Shown here one piece after another: positions 31,308 through 41,352 of a DNA stretch of 64,000 nucleotides. The notes below the pieces were generated by a model that saw nothing but the letters and a program-made list of their open reading frames with translations, made no database searches and had not been told where the DNA came from. The DNA is taken from contig PWNK01000013.1 of the NCBI GenBank assembly GCA_003557865.1, positions 4,307 to 68,306 on the forward strand, given 5' to 3'. This DNA comes from Desulfonatronovibrio sp. GTDB taxonomy: Bacteria > Desulfobacterota > Desulfovibrionia > Desulfovibrionales > Desulfonatronovibrionaceae. Position numbers and translations under genes: made by a program. Positions within the stretch are counted from its first letter, which is position 1. Every line of letters begins with the position of its first letter.

Positions 31308-31327
31308 ACAACACATTGACTTAACCC

Positions 31328-31357
31328 AAAAAAGCCCGGCGTCTGCCGGGCTTTTTT
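31328..31357 (+). terminator. Rho-independent (bidirectional-type) terminator
   Basis: AAAAAAGCCCGGC-GTCT-GCCGGGCTTTTTT. Confidence 0.9.
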
Positions 31358-31418
31358 GGTTTGTCTTCCCTTTTCATAAGCCTGGCACAATGGATAAAGA
31401 CATAACTAAAAAAATATA

Positions 31419-31447
31419 TTGACAGCAGCTAATATCAAAATTATAAA
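31419..31447 (+). promoter_or_regulatory. Putative sigma70 promoter of tRNA-Ile2
   Basis: TTGACA-17 nt-TATAAA with an AT-rich UP region. Confidence 0.7.
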
Positions 31448-31467
31448 TACTCTCTTCAGGTTTTTTT

Positions 31468-31543
31468 GGGCCAATAGCTCAGTTGGCAGAGCCACCGGCT
31501 CATAACCGGAAGGTCCCAGGTTCAAATCCTGGTTGGCCCACCA
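31468..31543 (+). tRNA. tRNA with CAT anticodon, probably tRNA-Ile2 (lysidine); Met not excluded
   Basis: GGGCCAA...ACCGG CT CAT AA CCGGA...GTTCAAATC...TTGGCCC-A-CCA; the G1-C72 pair rules out fMet. Confidence 0.93.
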
Positions 31544-31621
31544 CTTTCAGGGAGTAGATTTGCGGGCTGTAAATTTAAATTTTCAGAAACTGCCTGTTGA
31601 GCGGCATCAATTGGGACCAAC

Positions 31622-31666
31622 AAAAGGTGTTTCCTACCAAGTACGCGGGGAAGCACCTTTTTTATT
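31622..31666 (+). terminator. Terminator-like hairpin between the tRNA and nif3
   Basis: AAAAGGTGTTTCC...GGAAGCACCTTTT + TT. Confidence 0.6.
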
Positions 31667-31758
31667 TCCATCCCGGCTCAAAACCATGGTCCATGGAATG
31701 AAAAATCCATGGAGTTATTCTCCGCCAACATCCAATCCAGCCAGGTGAACCGAACTGC

Positions 31759-32745
31759 ATGCAGCTTAAAGAACTAATCAGTAAAATAGAATCGGTTGCC
31801 CCTCCGGAGCTTGCATTTGACTGGGACAGATGCGGGATACAGGTGGCCGGAACCAGGCAGGAAATAAATCGAATGGTCATGGCTCTTGATCCCGATGAAC
31901 AGACCATAAAGCAATGCCTAAGCCAGAAAGCACAATTCATACTCACTCACCACCCCCTTTCCATAAAACCAAGACTACCAGACAAGATCGACTCCTTCTA
32001 CAGAATAGTCAAGGACCTTCTGAAAACCAACACCATTCTTTACAGCGCTCACACCTCCCTGGACTGCAACCCGCTGGGGCCGTCCTCCTGGCTGGCTAAA
32101 GAACTGAGGCTCAATCAGGTATCGGTGTTAAAGCCCACCACAACCATCAAGGCTGTAGAGCTGAGCTTTCATCACCCTTTGCCTGTAACTCCTGAGGATC
32201 TCCCCTGTAGGCAGTTTATACTGCGCTGGGAGCAAAGCCCGGAAGGTTTGATCAACTCTGTGGCGGTCCCCTGCAACAAGGTGGACTTATTCATTTCCGG
32301 AATAAAGCAGCAGTATTGGCCCGTCTTTTTCGTCAAGTCATATTTTCCTGAGCTGGATCAGCAGTTTGGCCTTGGTTTCAAAGGCCGTCTGCCCCAACCG
32401 GTTCCCTTTGAAACCTTCATACACCTGCTTAAAAAAATTCTGGGGGTGGAAAACACGGTTCTGGCCGGCACCCCCCCTAAGACCGTCCATTCAGTTTCCT
32501 GCTGCCCCGGGTCAGGTGGGGATCTGGCCATGGACGCCCTCAGCCAGGACTCAGATATCTTTATCACCGGTGACCTTAAATATCACCAAGCTCAGGAAGC
32601 AGCCAGACTTGGATGCGTCCTGGATGTGGGACACTTCATTCTCGAAGAAAAAATGATGTTCCAATGGTTTACAGACTTAAAAGAAGAACTTGAAGGCATT
32701 GACCTCAAATTCATAGAAGGCGCATCGCCCTTAAGGGTCGTTTGA
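31759..32745 (+). CDS. Nif3-like dinuclear metal center protein (DUF34)
   Basis: WDRCG, THHP, YSAHTSLD, CPGSG, ITGDLKYH, DVGHF. Confidence 0.9.
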   Translation: MQLKELISKIESVAPPELAFDWDRCGIQVAGTRQEINRMVMALDPDEQTIKQCLSQKAQFILTHHPLSIKPRLPDKIDSFYRIVKDLLKTNTILYSAHTSLDCNPLGPSSWLAKELRLNQVSVLKPTTTIKAVELSFHHPLPVTPEDLPCRQFILRWEQSPEGLINSVAVPCNKVDLFISGIKQQYWPVFFVKSYFPELDQQFGLGFKGRLPQPVPFETFIHLLKKILGVENTVLAGTPPKTVHSVSCCPGSGGDLAMDALSQDSDIFITGDLKYHQAQEAARLGCVLDVGHFILEEKMMFQWFTDLKEELEGIDLKFIEGASPLRVV

Positions 32746-32767
32746 AATAATTTCATGGGAGGATAAT

Positions 32768-33499
32768 TTGAGCAAGTACATTGAACAAATCAAAAAGCTG
32801 GTGGAGCTCCAGGAGATTGATTCAGAGATGATCAAGCTTAAACAGAGACTCGTGGACGCCCCCAGGCATCTCGAGACCTTGCAGGCTTCACTTGATGACC
32901 TTGAGGGTCAGATAGAACAGGTCAAAGAACGGCTGGATCTTTTAAATCAGCAGAAGGATAAACTGCAGAAGGACATTTCTGATGATTCTCACAAGGTCAA
33001 AAAGAGCAAGAACAAACTGATGATGGTCAGCAACACCAAAGAATATCATGCCATGATGCGTGAGATGGACAACCTGGAGAAATTGAACAGATTCCGTGAA
33101 GAGGAAATGACTAATTTAACTGAAGATATCCAGGTACATCAGGAAAAAATGGAGGATTTGACCACTGAAAGCGCTTCTGTCAAGGAAGAGCTGGCCATCA
33201 GCCAGTCTACACTTGATTCTGAAATGGAAAAAATCAATAAACGCATCAACCAGCTTGAGAAGAGCCGTAAAAAGGCCTGCTCCAATGTACCGGTGCCCAT
33301 CCTGGCCAGATATAATTTCATCAAGGACAGGCTTAACAATCCGGTTATAGTTTCTGTAAAGCGAGGGGTGTGTACTGGGTGCTACATCAGCATTCCACCA
33401 CAGTCATTTATTGAAATCCAGAAAGGTGAACAGATTCTGAGCTGCCCCAATTGCCAGAGACTTATCTTCTGGGAAGAGCATTTTTCCGCTGAGTCCTGA
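32768..33499 (+). CDS. Coiled-coil protein with C4-type zinc ribbon (DUF164-like)
   Basis: LQEIDSE, long coiled coil, CTGCY...CPNCQR; classic neighbour of nif3 and rnpB. Confidence 0.9.
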   Translation: MSKYIEQIKKLVELQEIDSEMIKLKQRLVDAPRHLETLQASLDDLEGQIEQVKERLDLLNQQKDKLQKDISDDSHKVKKSKNKLMMVSNTKEYHAMMREMDNLEKLNRFREEEMTNLTEDIQVHQEKMEDLTTESASVKEELAISQSTLDSEMEKINKRINQLEKSRKKACSNVPVPILARYNFIKDRLNNPVIVSVKRGVCTGCYISIPPQSFIEIQKGEQILSCPNCQRLIFWEEHFSAES

Positions 33500-33521
33500 T
33501 CAGCTTCGCCGTTTATGCTCC

Positions 33522-33549
33522 TTGTCTTTTTTGATTTATGACATATAAT
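33522..33549 (+). promoter_or_regulatory. Putative sigma70 promoter of rnpB
   Basis: TTGTCT-16 nt-TATAAT ending 6 nt before the P1 helix. Confidence 0.6.
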
Positions 33550-33581
33550 TCCCAATGATGGAGTTGGACGGATTGTCGCTG

Positions 33582-33682
33582 TCCGGCACCCACTTTAACG
33601 ACTTGACACAAAGCCAAAATAATGAATGTCAGTGAGTTGTGGATAAATCATCCATTTTCAAGTCGTTAAAGTGGGTGCCGGA
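33582..33682. repeat. Palindromic repeat core inserted in rnpB helix P3
   Basis: Perfect 25-bp IR TCCGGCACCCACTTTAACGACTTGA / TCAAGTCGTTAAAGTGGGTGCCGGA with a 51-nt loop. Confidence 0.9.
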
Positions 33683-33769
33683 GGGAGGAAAGTCCGGGCT
33701 CCGCAGGGCGGGACGCTGGGCAACTCCCAGCAGGGGCGACCCTGGGAAAGTGCCACAGAAAACAGACCG

Positions 33770-33871
33770 CCCGGCACCCACTTTAACAGGCGATATGGAT
33801 CACACCTCAAGCCGGTCAAAACGAACAATTAAGATGTGTCCTCTGTTTCGTATGCTAAAGTGGGTGCCGGG
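33770..33871. repeat. Palindromic repeat core inserted in rnpB helix P12
   Basis: Perfect 16-bp IR CCCGGCACCCACTTTA / TAAAGTGGGTGCCGGG between ACAGACCG and TAAGGGTGAAACGG. Confidence 0.9.
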
Positions 33872-33874
33872 TAA

Positions 33875-33905
<31 letters not shown>

Positions 33906-34114
33906 TGTCGCGGTGACTCGACAGGCTAGGTAAACCCCGTCCGGAGCAAGGCCAAATAGGAAGACTCTTGAGGCCGGCCCGGCCAATGTCTTCGGGTAGG
34001 CTGCTTGAGGCCAGGAGCAATCCTGGTCCCAGAGGAATGACAATCAGTTATTTGTCCATGACAAATAATCTACAGAACCCGGCTTACAGTCCGACTCCAT
34101 CATCTAAAAAGCGC

Positions 34115-35323
34115 ATGATTACCTGGGCCATAATTCTTGCAGCCGGGCAGAGTTCCAGACTCGCAAAAGCCGGACTTAAGCAAAAAAAACAGTTCCTTGA
34201 ATATCATGGATACCCGTTATTCTGGCACAGTGTTTTAACCTTTTCCAGATCCAGCTGGATATCCGGGGTTTTGATTGCCTTTCCCCCTGATGAGTTGGCC
34301 AACTGCCTGGACATGGTTGAGGCATTAAAGGCCAAGAAACATCCCGGGATTCCTGTTTACTGCATTGGCGGAGGGTCACTTCGCCAGGATTCTGTGCGCA
34401 GCGCTCTTCATGCCCTGCCTGATGAGTGCGACTTTGTAATGGTTCACGACGCAGCCAGGCCTTTTTTTTCTGCCGGACTCGTCCACAGACTGATTAACGG
34501 CTTTGAGTCAGGAAACGGAGGAACTATTCCTGTTGTACCCTGCAAAGACACGGTCAAGCTGGTCAGGGAAAATATAGTCCGATCAACTCTGGCCAGAGAA
34601 AATATCTTTCTGGTTCAGACCCCGCAGTTTTTCCCCAGAAACATCCTTGTTAAAGCTCATGACGACGCTCAGGTGACAAACCTTGTGGCTACCGACGATG
34701 CCTCCATGGTGGAGAAGCTGGGCTTTCAGGTTAAAACTGTTCCCGGCCTGGAAGAAAACATTAAAATAACCACCAGGGATGATCTCAAAATGCTTGGAAC
34801 TTTTCCTGAACCTGCCCTGCCCTGCACTGGACTTGGTTACGACGTCCACCGATACGGCGGCCCCAGGCCGCTTGTCCTGGGGGGAATTCCAATTCCCGGA
34901 GGACCAGGTGTATTTGCCCATTCTGACGGAGATGTTCTGATTCACGCCATCGTTGACGCTATCCTGGGCTGCTTGGGCCAGGGAGACATTGGCGACCTTT
35001 TCCCAGATAATGACATCCGGTTCCAGGGATTAAGCAGTTCGATCTTTTTATCAGAAGTCCTGCACATGGCCCACAGGCAAGGTCTGATCATCCAGCACAT
35101 GGACCTGACTGTGATCGCGGAGGTTCCGAGAATTTCACCGTATAAGGCCCAGATAAAATCTAACCTGACAGGCCTTACAGGTCTTGGTCCGGAGCAGATT
35201 TATATCAAGGCCACTACCGAGGAAAAACTGGGCTTCACCGGGGCCAAACAGGGCATCAAGGCCATGGCAGTGGTAACCGGCTTGAAACATGGCCCTGCAT
35301 CTGAAACAATTCTCTCTTCTTAA
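34115..35323 (+). CDS. ispDF: Bifunctional IspD/IspF
   Basis: LAAGQSSR, RQDSV, VHDAARP, QTPQ, TDDAS, KIT; then GYDVH, HSDGDV, GDIG, KATTEE; start MITWAII at 34115. Confidence 0.95.
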   Translation: MITWAIILAAGQSSRLAKAGLKQKKQFLEYHGYPLFWHSVLTFSRSSWISGVLIAFPPDELANCLDMVEALKAKKHPGIPVYCIGGGSLRQDSVRSALHALPDECDFVMVHDAARPFFSAGLVHRLINGFESGNGGTIPVVPCKDTVKLVRENIVRSTLARENIFLVQTPQFFPRNILVKAHDDAQVTNLVATDDASMVEKLGFQVKTVPGLEENIKITTRDDLKMLGTFPEPALPCTGLGYDVHRYGGPRPLVLGGIPIPGGPGVFAHSDGDVLIHAIVDAILGCLGQGDIGDLFPDNDIRFQGLSSSIFLSEVLHMAHRQGLIIQHMDLTVIAEVPRISPYKAQIKSNLTGLTGLGPEQIYIKATTEEKLGFTGAKQGIKAMAVVTGLKHGPASETILSS

Positions 35324-35355
35324 CCAGTCAAACCAGCAGAAAATGGAATAAGCCC

Positions 35356-36813
35356 ATGCTCATCTACAACACCCTGTCCAGGAAAAAAGAAGAACTGATT
35401 CCCCTGGAGAAAGACAGTGTCAGAATGTATGTCTGCGGCATAACCGCCTACGATTACTGCCACATAGGCCACGCCCGTTCCACCGTGGTTTTTGACGTCA
35501 TGGTCAGGCTTCTTCGCCATCGCGGTTTCAAAGTTTCATTTGTCCGCAACTTTACTGATATCGACGACAAGATAATCGCCAGAGCCGCCGCGGAAAAAAT
35601 ATCATCAGAAGAAGTAGCCGAAAAATACATCCGGGCCTTTTACCAGGATATGGACCAGCTCGGGGTTCTAAGGGCAGATATTGAGCCCAGAGCCACATCT
35701 CATATCCCTGAAATGATCTCTCTTGTTCAGCTGCTTGAAAAGAAGAGTTTTGCCTACTCAACTCCTTCAGGAGACGTGTATTTCCGGGTTAGAAAAATGG
35801 ATCATTATGGACGCCTTTCTGGCCGCAACATTGAAGAACTTCATTCCGGGACAAGGGTTGCTCCCGGCGATGAAAAAGAAGACCCCCTTGACTTTGCCTT
35901 GTGGAAATCCTCCAAGCCCGGTGAGCCCAGCTGGGAGAGCCCCTGGGGTTGGGGAAGGCCCGGCTGGCATCTGGAATGTTCCGCCATGAGTCACAGATAT
36001 CTTGGAATACCTTTTGATATTCACGGAGGAGGACAGGATCTGGCCTTCCCCCACCACGAAAATGAAATGGCCCAGAGTGAAGCCGCCTTTGGCAGACAAT
36101 TTGTCAAGTACTGGGTCCATAATGGTTTTGTGCGGGTAAACTCAGAGAAGATGTCCAAGTCTCTTGGGAACTTTGTAACCATTGGAGAAATATTTTCAGG
36201 GTTTCTACCCGAAGTTTTACGTTTTTTTCTGTTGACAAAACATTACCGCAGCCCCCTTGACTATTCCACTCAGTACCTCCTGGAAGCTGAAAAGGCTGTT
36301 AAACGCATTTACTCCACTATTGAACTTCTGGAAGCTGCGATGTCCAGGAACAAATGGTCCAAAAAAGGACATTTTTCCCAAGTTCATGAGGAAATCCAAG
36401 AGATGGAGCGTAAATGGGACCAGGCCATGGACGATGATTTCAATACCGCTGAAGCCTTGGGACATGTTTTCAGCCTGGTCCGCCTGGCCAACAAGATGTG
36501 CGAGAATAAATCCTTCAGCAAGTGCGAATCAGGCAGGGAGATCATGGACCGGATCCTGAGGATCATCAAAAGCTGGGGCCGGGTTTTAGGCCTGTTCAAC
36601 AAGCCCAGCAGTGAATTCCTGGGCCAGCTCAAATCAATCCGCTGTACCCGAAGCAACCTTGATCAGCATCACATCCAGTCAATTGTTGACAGACGTCAGC
36701 TGGCCAGAAAAAATAAAGACTTTGCCCTGGCCGACAACCTGCGGGATGAACTGCTGCAGATGGGCATTGAGGTCATGGATACCCCTGAAGGGGCCAGGTG
36801 GGATTTTTCCTGA
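35356..36813 (+). CDS. cysS: Cysteine-tRNA ligase
   Basis: [34 protein letters not shown]. Confidence 0.97.
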   Translation: MLIYNTLSRKKEELIPLEKDSVRMYVCGITAYDYCHIGHARSTVVFDVMVRLLRHRGFKVSFVRNFTDIDDKIIARAAAEKISSEEVAEKYIRAFYQDMDQLGVLRADIEPRATSHIPEMISLVQLLEKKSFAYSTPSGDVYFRVRKMDHYGRLSGRNIEELHSGTRVAPGDEKEDPLDFALWKSSKPGEPSWESPWGWGRPGWHLECSAMSHRYLGIPFDIHGGGQDLAFPHHENEMAQSEAAFGRQFVKYWVHNGFVRVNSEKMSKSLGNFVTIGEIFSGFLPEVLRFFLLTKHYRSPLDYSTQYLLEAEKAVKRIYSTIELLEAAMSRNKWSKKGHFSQVHEEIQEMERKWDQAMDDDFNTAEALGHVFSLVRLANKMCENKSFSKCESGREIMDRILRIIKSWGRVLGLFNKPSSEFLGQLKSIRCTRSNLDQHHIQSIVDRRQLARKNKDFALADNLRDELLQMGIEVMDTPEGARWDFS

Positions 36814-36873
36814 TCCGGATACCCGGAACTGATTGCCTGATATAAGCCAACCATTGTAACCGAGAGTAAGTTC

Positions 36874-37824
36874 ATGGATACCTTATTGAGTTTGCTGGAC
36901 GAATTTAGATGGGAAGCAGTAATTGCCACTTCGCTCAGGGTTTTGGTGATTCTGCTGATTGCATACCTGATTATCAAGGCTGTTAATTCCGCCCTGGACC
37001 GGCTGGAAAACAAACTTGTGCAGCGCGGCAAGGCAATTGGAGAACCGCCCACCGAGGTCCAGAAAAGAGCTGAAACCCTGATCAAGCTGCTCAGACAGGG
37101 AATATTTATTGTAATATGGATTTTAGCTGTTCTGATTCTGCTGCGCGAGCTTGGCTTTGAGATAGCGCCTGTTCTGGCAGGTGCCGGAATTATTGGACTC
37201 GCGGTGGGATTCGGTGCTCAGAATCTGGTCCGGGACGTTATCTCCGGTTTTTTTATTATCTTAGAGGATCAGGTCCGGGTTGGAGATGTGGCCATTATCA
37301 ACGGCACAGGCGGCCTTGTGGAGAGAATCAATTTCAGGACCATTGTTCTTCGGGACTTAAGCGGAACGCTGCATGTCTTTCCCAACGGAACCATAAATAC
37401 CCTTTCCAATATGACCAATGCCTGGTCCGCATACGTCTTCGACCTGGGAGTAGCTTATAAAGAAGATACGGACCGGATTGTGGATATTATCCGGGATATC
37501 GGCAGTGATCTCAAGGCAGATGCCTATTTTGGACCCTTGATGATTGAAAATTTGGAGGTATTCGGTGTGGACAAATTCGCCGATTCCGCGGTGATGATCA
37601 GAGGAAGAATCAAAACCAAGCCCATCAAGCAGTGGGAAGTGGGAAGAGAATTTCTGCGCCGGGTCAAAAAGGCCTTTGATGAAAAAGGTATTGAAATCCC
37701 CTTTCCTCACAGATCAGTGTATTTTGGAAGTGCCAGCAAACCCCTGGACATTAAGCTGATGGAACAGGCCGCAGAATCAGGCAAGACAGACCACAGCCCT
37801 GCTTCTCAATCTGAAATGAAGTGA
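36874..37824 (+). CDS. MscS-family mechanosensitive channel (YbiO-like core)
   Basis: LAGAGIIGLAVGFGAQNLVRDVISG, VGD, PNG, GIEIPFP. Confidence 0.92.
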   Translation: MDTLLSLLDEFRWEAVIATSLRVLVILLIAYLIIKAVNSALDRLENKLVQRGKAIGEPPTEVQKRAETLIKLLRQGIFIVIWILAVLILLRELGFEIAPVLAGAGIIGLAVGFGAQNLVRDVISGFFIILEDQVRVGDVAIINGTGGLVERINFRTIVLRDLSGTLHVFPNGTINTLSNMTNAWSAYVFDLGVAYKEDTDRIVDIIRDIGSDLKADAYFGPLMIENLEVFGVDKFADSAVMIRGRIKTKPIKQWEVGREFLRRVKKAFDEKGIEIPFPHRSVYFGSASKPLDIKLMEQAAESGKTDHSPASQSEMK

Positions 37825-38612
37825 AAGGCTCACAACCTGCTTTGCGCATTGCCCTGGGTTCCCAGCTTAAAAATTGTCCATCAGTCAATACCCTCGGGGT
37901 CTGCCCTAACTTCGGAGATTATCCGCAATGGAAGGTAGACCTCATGGTCAAATCCTCCAAAATTTATTTTCCCACCTCATTGTTCGCGGACATGTTTGTG
38001 GCCATGGGCAAAGAAATATTCCCCAAAATACATACTTACCGGTTCGTAGGGGACAAGATCAGGCAGACCATCCTCTTCCAGATCAACGGGCTCCCGACCC
38101 CAAGAACCAGGTTCTATTATGGTCCGCGTCAGCAAAAAATGATTACCGCGCATTTCTCATTTCCATTTGTAGCCAAAACAGCCAGGTTTTCCTCCAGAGG
38201 GCTCGGGGTCAGACTGATCCAGAACAGGGAACAGCTTCAAGCCTATCTTGAAGACAATCACCCTGCCTATATCCAGGAATATCTGCCCGGTGTCAAAGAC
38301 TACAGGATCGTCATCGCCGGCAGAAAAATAATCCATTCCTACCAGAGAATTGCTGCTGAAAATGAGTTTCGGGCCAACGTCTGCCTTGGAGCTGATTTAT
38401 GCTTTGATAATGTCCCGGCCCAGGCCCTGGAGTTGGCCCTGAAAGCCGCCAGACTTTGCGGTTTCAATTACACAGGTCTGGACATCTGCGAATCAAAAGG
38501 TCAATACTATCTGCTTGAAGCCAACATGAAATTCGGGACACTGGGATTCAGAAAAGCCGGGCTGGATTTAAAAAAAATACTCTGCCGAATGGTTGAGAAC
38601 AACGAAATCTAG
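37821..38612 (+). CDS. RimK-like ATP-grasp ligase
   Basis: FPFVAK...SRGLGV, YIQEYL, DYRIVI, FRANV, GLDI...LLEAN. Confidence 0.85.
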   Translation: MKGSQPALRIALGSQLKNCPSVNTLGVCPNFGDYPQWKVDLMVKSSKIYFPTSLFADMFVAMGKEIFPKIHTYRFVGDKIRQTILFQINGLPTPRTRFYYGPRQQKMITAHFSFPFVAKTARFSSRGLGVRLIQNREQLQAYLEDNHPAYIQEYLPGVKDYRIVIAGRKIIHSYQRIAAENEFRANVCLGADLCFDNVPAQALELALKAARLCGFNYTGLDICESKGQYYLLEANMKFGTLGFRKAGLDLKKILCRMVENNEI

Positions 38613-38710
38613 CACATTATGATCCAAGATGCTCTTAACCGGTATTGAAGTGCTGCTCAAAATAAGTTACAGCTTATTATCAAAACTGACCAATTATCAG
38701 GGTATCCAAG

Positions 38711-39514
38711 ATGTCCATAGAACTGACCAGAGCCAGACAGAATCTGAACAGCATTTCCTCCCTGCTCAAACGTGATAAAATTCTTCCTGCTGCTTCGGCG
38801 TTACATGACGGACTTGTAACCTTTGTTAAAGGCAAGCTGTTGAAAAGTGAAAAGCAGGAATTTTCTAATCTTCTTGAGCGAAACCTATCGCTGCTCAACA
38901 ATCATCCAGGGATCAGGCAGGTCTACCCCGTTCTTTTAATCCTTGAACCAGGCAAGGAAAAAGACCTTCTTGAAAACCTGCGCCAGCTCATGAGCGTCCT
39001 GGAAAGTGAAATGTCCGAAAATGCCCTGGAATCCCTGCAGGAACTGGATAGAAAGAAAAAGCAGGCCCTGAGTGAAGCTCAAGCCCTGCTTTCTAAAAAA
39101 GAGATGGACGCGGCTGATCAGATTTTTAAAAGACTGATCAGAGATTTTCAGGAAGATTTTGAGTTAAAAATTGAGATTGTCGACCTGCTGCTGGAAGCTG
39201 AGCAGTATCTTAAAGCTATCGACTATCTCAAGCATGCCTACAGGGACAACCCCGGCTCGGTTCATGTCTATAACCGGCTGGGCATGGCCCTCAGGAAACT
39301 TGGCAGGTTCCCGGAATCTGAAAAAGCCTTCTCCCAGGCGGTAAAAATTCAGCCAAGGGATGAATACCTGCACTTTAATCTCGGGCGCCTCTATCTTGAT
39401 ATGCAGGACTGGCATAAAGCCATGCATTCGGCCCAGAAGGCACTGTCCATAAACCCCGACTTTGAACAGGCCAGAAAAATGCTTAAGTTCGCCTTAAATA
39501 AAACCAAGAGCTGA
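38711..39514 (+). CDS. TPR-repeat protein
   Basis: YNRLGMALRKLG, LHFNLGRLY, ALSINPDF. Confidence 0.88.
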   Translation: MSIELTRARQNLNSISSLLKRDKILPAASALHDGLVTFVKGKLLKSEKQEFSNLLERNLSLLNNHPGIRQVYPVLLILEPGKEKDLLENLRQLMSVLESEMSENALESLQELDRKKKQALSEAQALLSKKEMDAADQIFKRLIRDFQEDFELKIEIVDLLLEAEQYLKAIDYLKHAYRDNPGSVHVYNRLGMALRKLGRFPESEKAFSQAVKIQPRDEYLHFNLGRLYLDMQDWHKAMHSAQKALSINPDFEQARKMLKFALNKTKS

Positions 39515-39524
39515 TCACCAAAAA

Positions 39525-40520
39525 ATGAAGCCCGGACTAAAGAACATCATCCAGGATTCACTGCGTCTGCTCCTTCGTCCCCCTGTTGCCGCGGACGTAA
39601 TCCGGGAGGACCTTTACTCCTCAAGCTCCCTCATGGAGGATATTCAAAAAGCTGCGAACTCAAAAGAAAGAATGACCCACAGGGAAATCTTCAACATTCT
39701 CATCAAGTACTTTCATGCCTACATCCATCCCCGGTCCATAACCTGCCGGCCGACCCTGAAAGACATCAGCGCCTCCTTCAACGCTTTTATCCACAGGCGT
39801 GTCGGAAGCCAGGTTCTGTGGGGACAGAATAAACTTCGAAAGCTGCTGCTCAAATACGGGTTCGCCCTGGCCATGCTTGCCGACCTTCCAAAATCAGCTC
39901 ATATTTTCAGGCAGATCGTAAGCCTTGAGATAGACCCGGAGGATTTTGAGGGAAGGTTTGTGGGCGTGGATATTGGAGCAGGGACCGGCATCTTGATGCT
40001 CGCCCAGTGGATATCCGCCTCCAGGAATAATTTTGAACTGATTGAGATCACAGGCATCGAGAGAGATCCAGCCACGCATCAAAGGACGGCCTTGATCGCT
40101 GAAAAACTGAACCTGGGGAAAATGATCAACAGTGAGGCCAAATCAGTTCAAACCTACCTTTTCCTCAAAAACAGACCGGTGACATTCATCAGCAACGAGA
40201 CACTGCCCGGGGCTTCGGCAAGGTTGTGGAAAGAGGATTTTATTCAAATCAACAAAACTCTTTTTGATAATTTCGGGCATCTTCTGCAAAAAACCTTTTT
40301 CTTCCCAGGCAGAGTCCTGGCGTCTGACTCAACCGGAAAGTACAGTACCATCCTGTCCAGGGAAAACTGTTTTTACAATGTGAACGGTCCACCCCTACAC
40401 CTCATGTTTCCCAAAGCGATAGAGCTGGATGGAAAACTTAGTCCCTTGACCGAGATCGGCAGGGATATGGCTGGCTGTCTTAACAAGCCCTGGTTCGATA
40501 TTCTGTCTCGCAGATGGTAA
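39525..40520 (+). CDS. Hypothetical protein with a class I SAM-methyltransferase-like domain
   Basis: VDIGAGTGILML, ITGIE, FISNETL. Confidence 0.7.
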   Translation: MKPGLKNIIQDSLRLLLRPPVAADVIREDLYSSSSLMEDIQKAANSKERMTHREIFNILIKYFHAYIHPRSITCRPTLKDISASFNAFIHRRVGSQVLWGQNKLRKLLLKYGFALAMLADLPKSAHIFRQIVSLEIDPEDFEGRFVGVDIGAGTGILMLAQWISASRNNFELIEITGIERDPATHQRTALIAEKLNLGKMINSEAKSVQTYLFLKNRPVTFISNETLPGASARLWKEDFIQINKTLFDNFGHLLQKTFFFPGRVLASDSTGKYSTILSRENCFYNVNGPPLHLMFPKAIELDGKLSPLTEIGRDMAGCLNKPWFDILSRRW

Positions 40521-40595
40521 GACTTGTATGATTTATGCTTATGGGATATATGCTTGAGCTTTGTCATCAGCAGCTGAAGCTGCAGAATGGTTTGC

Positions 40596-41282
40596 ATGAA
40601 ATCTTTACAAGATCTAAAAAAAATTAGGATAACTTCCCCCAGGAAAAATTCACCACCCGCTGAAAAACCCGGTGTTGATCCTGTTCAAGACTTGCCGGCT
40701 GATGAAGGCCAGTTTCTAAGGGCCATGCAGGGGGTTAAGCCTCTAGAGAAAAAAGGCAGGGATATCGCCCCGGTGCGAGCCAGACATGCTGTTGATCCTG
40801 TCACTGAGGATGACAGCCTTGAGGTTCTAAGCAAGCTGGTCAGCGGACAGGTTCAATTCGACATAGAACACTCGGATGAATACATTCAGGGATACGTTCA
40901 GGGAATAAACTTAAAGACCTTTCGAAAACTGAAGACAGGAACCTTAAGCATCCAGGCCCATCTCGACCTGCACGGTCTGAACACCATGCAGGCCAGAACT
41001 CGCCTTCTCAATTTCATGCGCGAACAGTATATCAGCACCAGAAAATGTGTGCTAATTATCCCGGGCAGAGGCAGAAACTCTCCTTTGGGGTCCCCTGTAC
41101 TGCGCAGTGAAGTTCAGTCCTGGCTCACCAGGGAACCTCTGAAAAGAATCGTTCTGGCCTTTTGTACGGCCAGACCTGAACACGGAGGGACCGGTGCTTT
41201 TTATGTACTGCTTCGCGACTACAAAAAAACCGGAGGGAAAGTTATCTGGGACAGATTCCCAACAGAAATGGATGAATTTTGA
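40596..41282 (+). CDS. Smr/MutS2 C-terminal domain protein
   Basis: LDLHG, IIPGRG, HGGTGAFYVLL. Confidence 0.9.
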   Translation: MKSLQDLKKIRITSPRKNSPPAEKPGVDPVQDLPADEGQFLRAMQGVKPLEKKGRDIAPVRARHAVDPVTEDDSLEVLSKLVSGQVQFDIEHSDEYIQGYVQGINLKTFRKLKTGTLSIQAHLDLHGLNTMQARTRLLNFMREQYISTRKCVLIIPGRGRNSPLGSPVLRSEVQSWLTREPLKRIVLAFCTARPEHGGTGAFYVLLRDYKKTGGKVIWDRFPTEMDEF

Positions 41283-41352
41283 TTATCTGCTTTTTTTCTT
41301 CTTAACAGTAACAGTTTTCTATCTATTATATTAAATACTCCATCAGGAGGAC

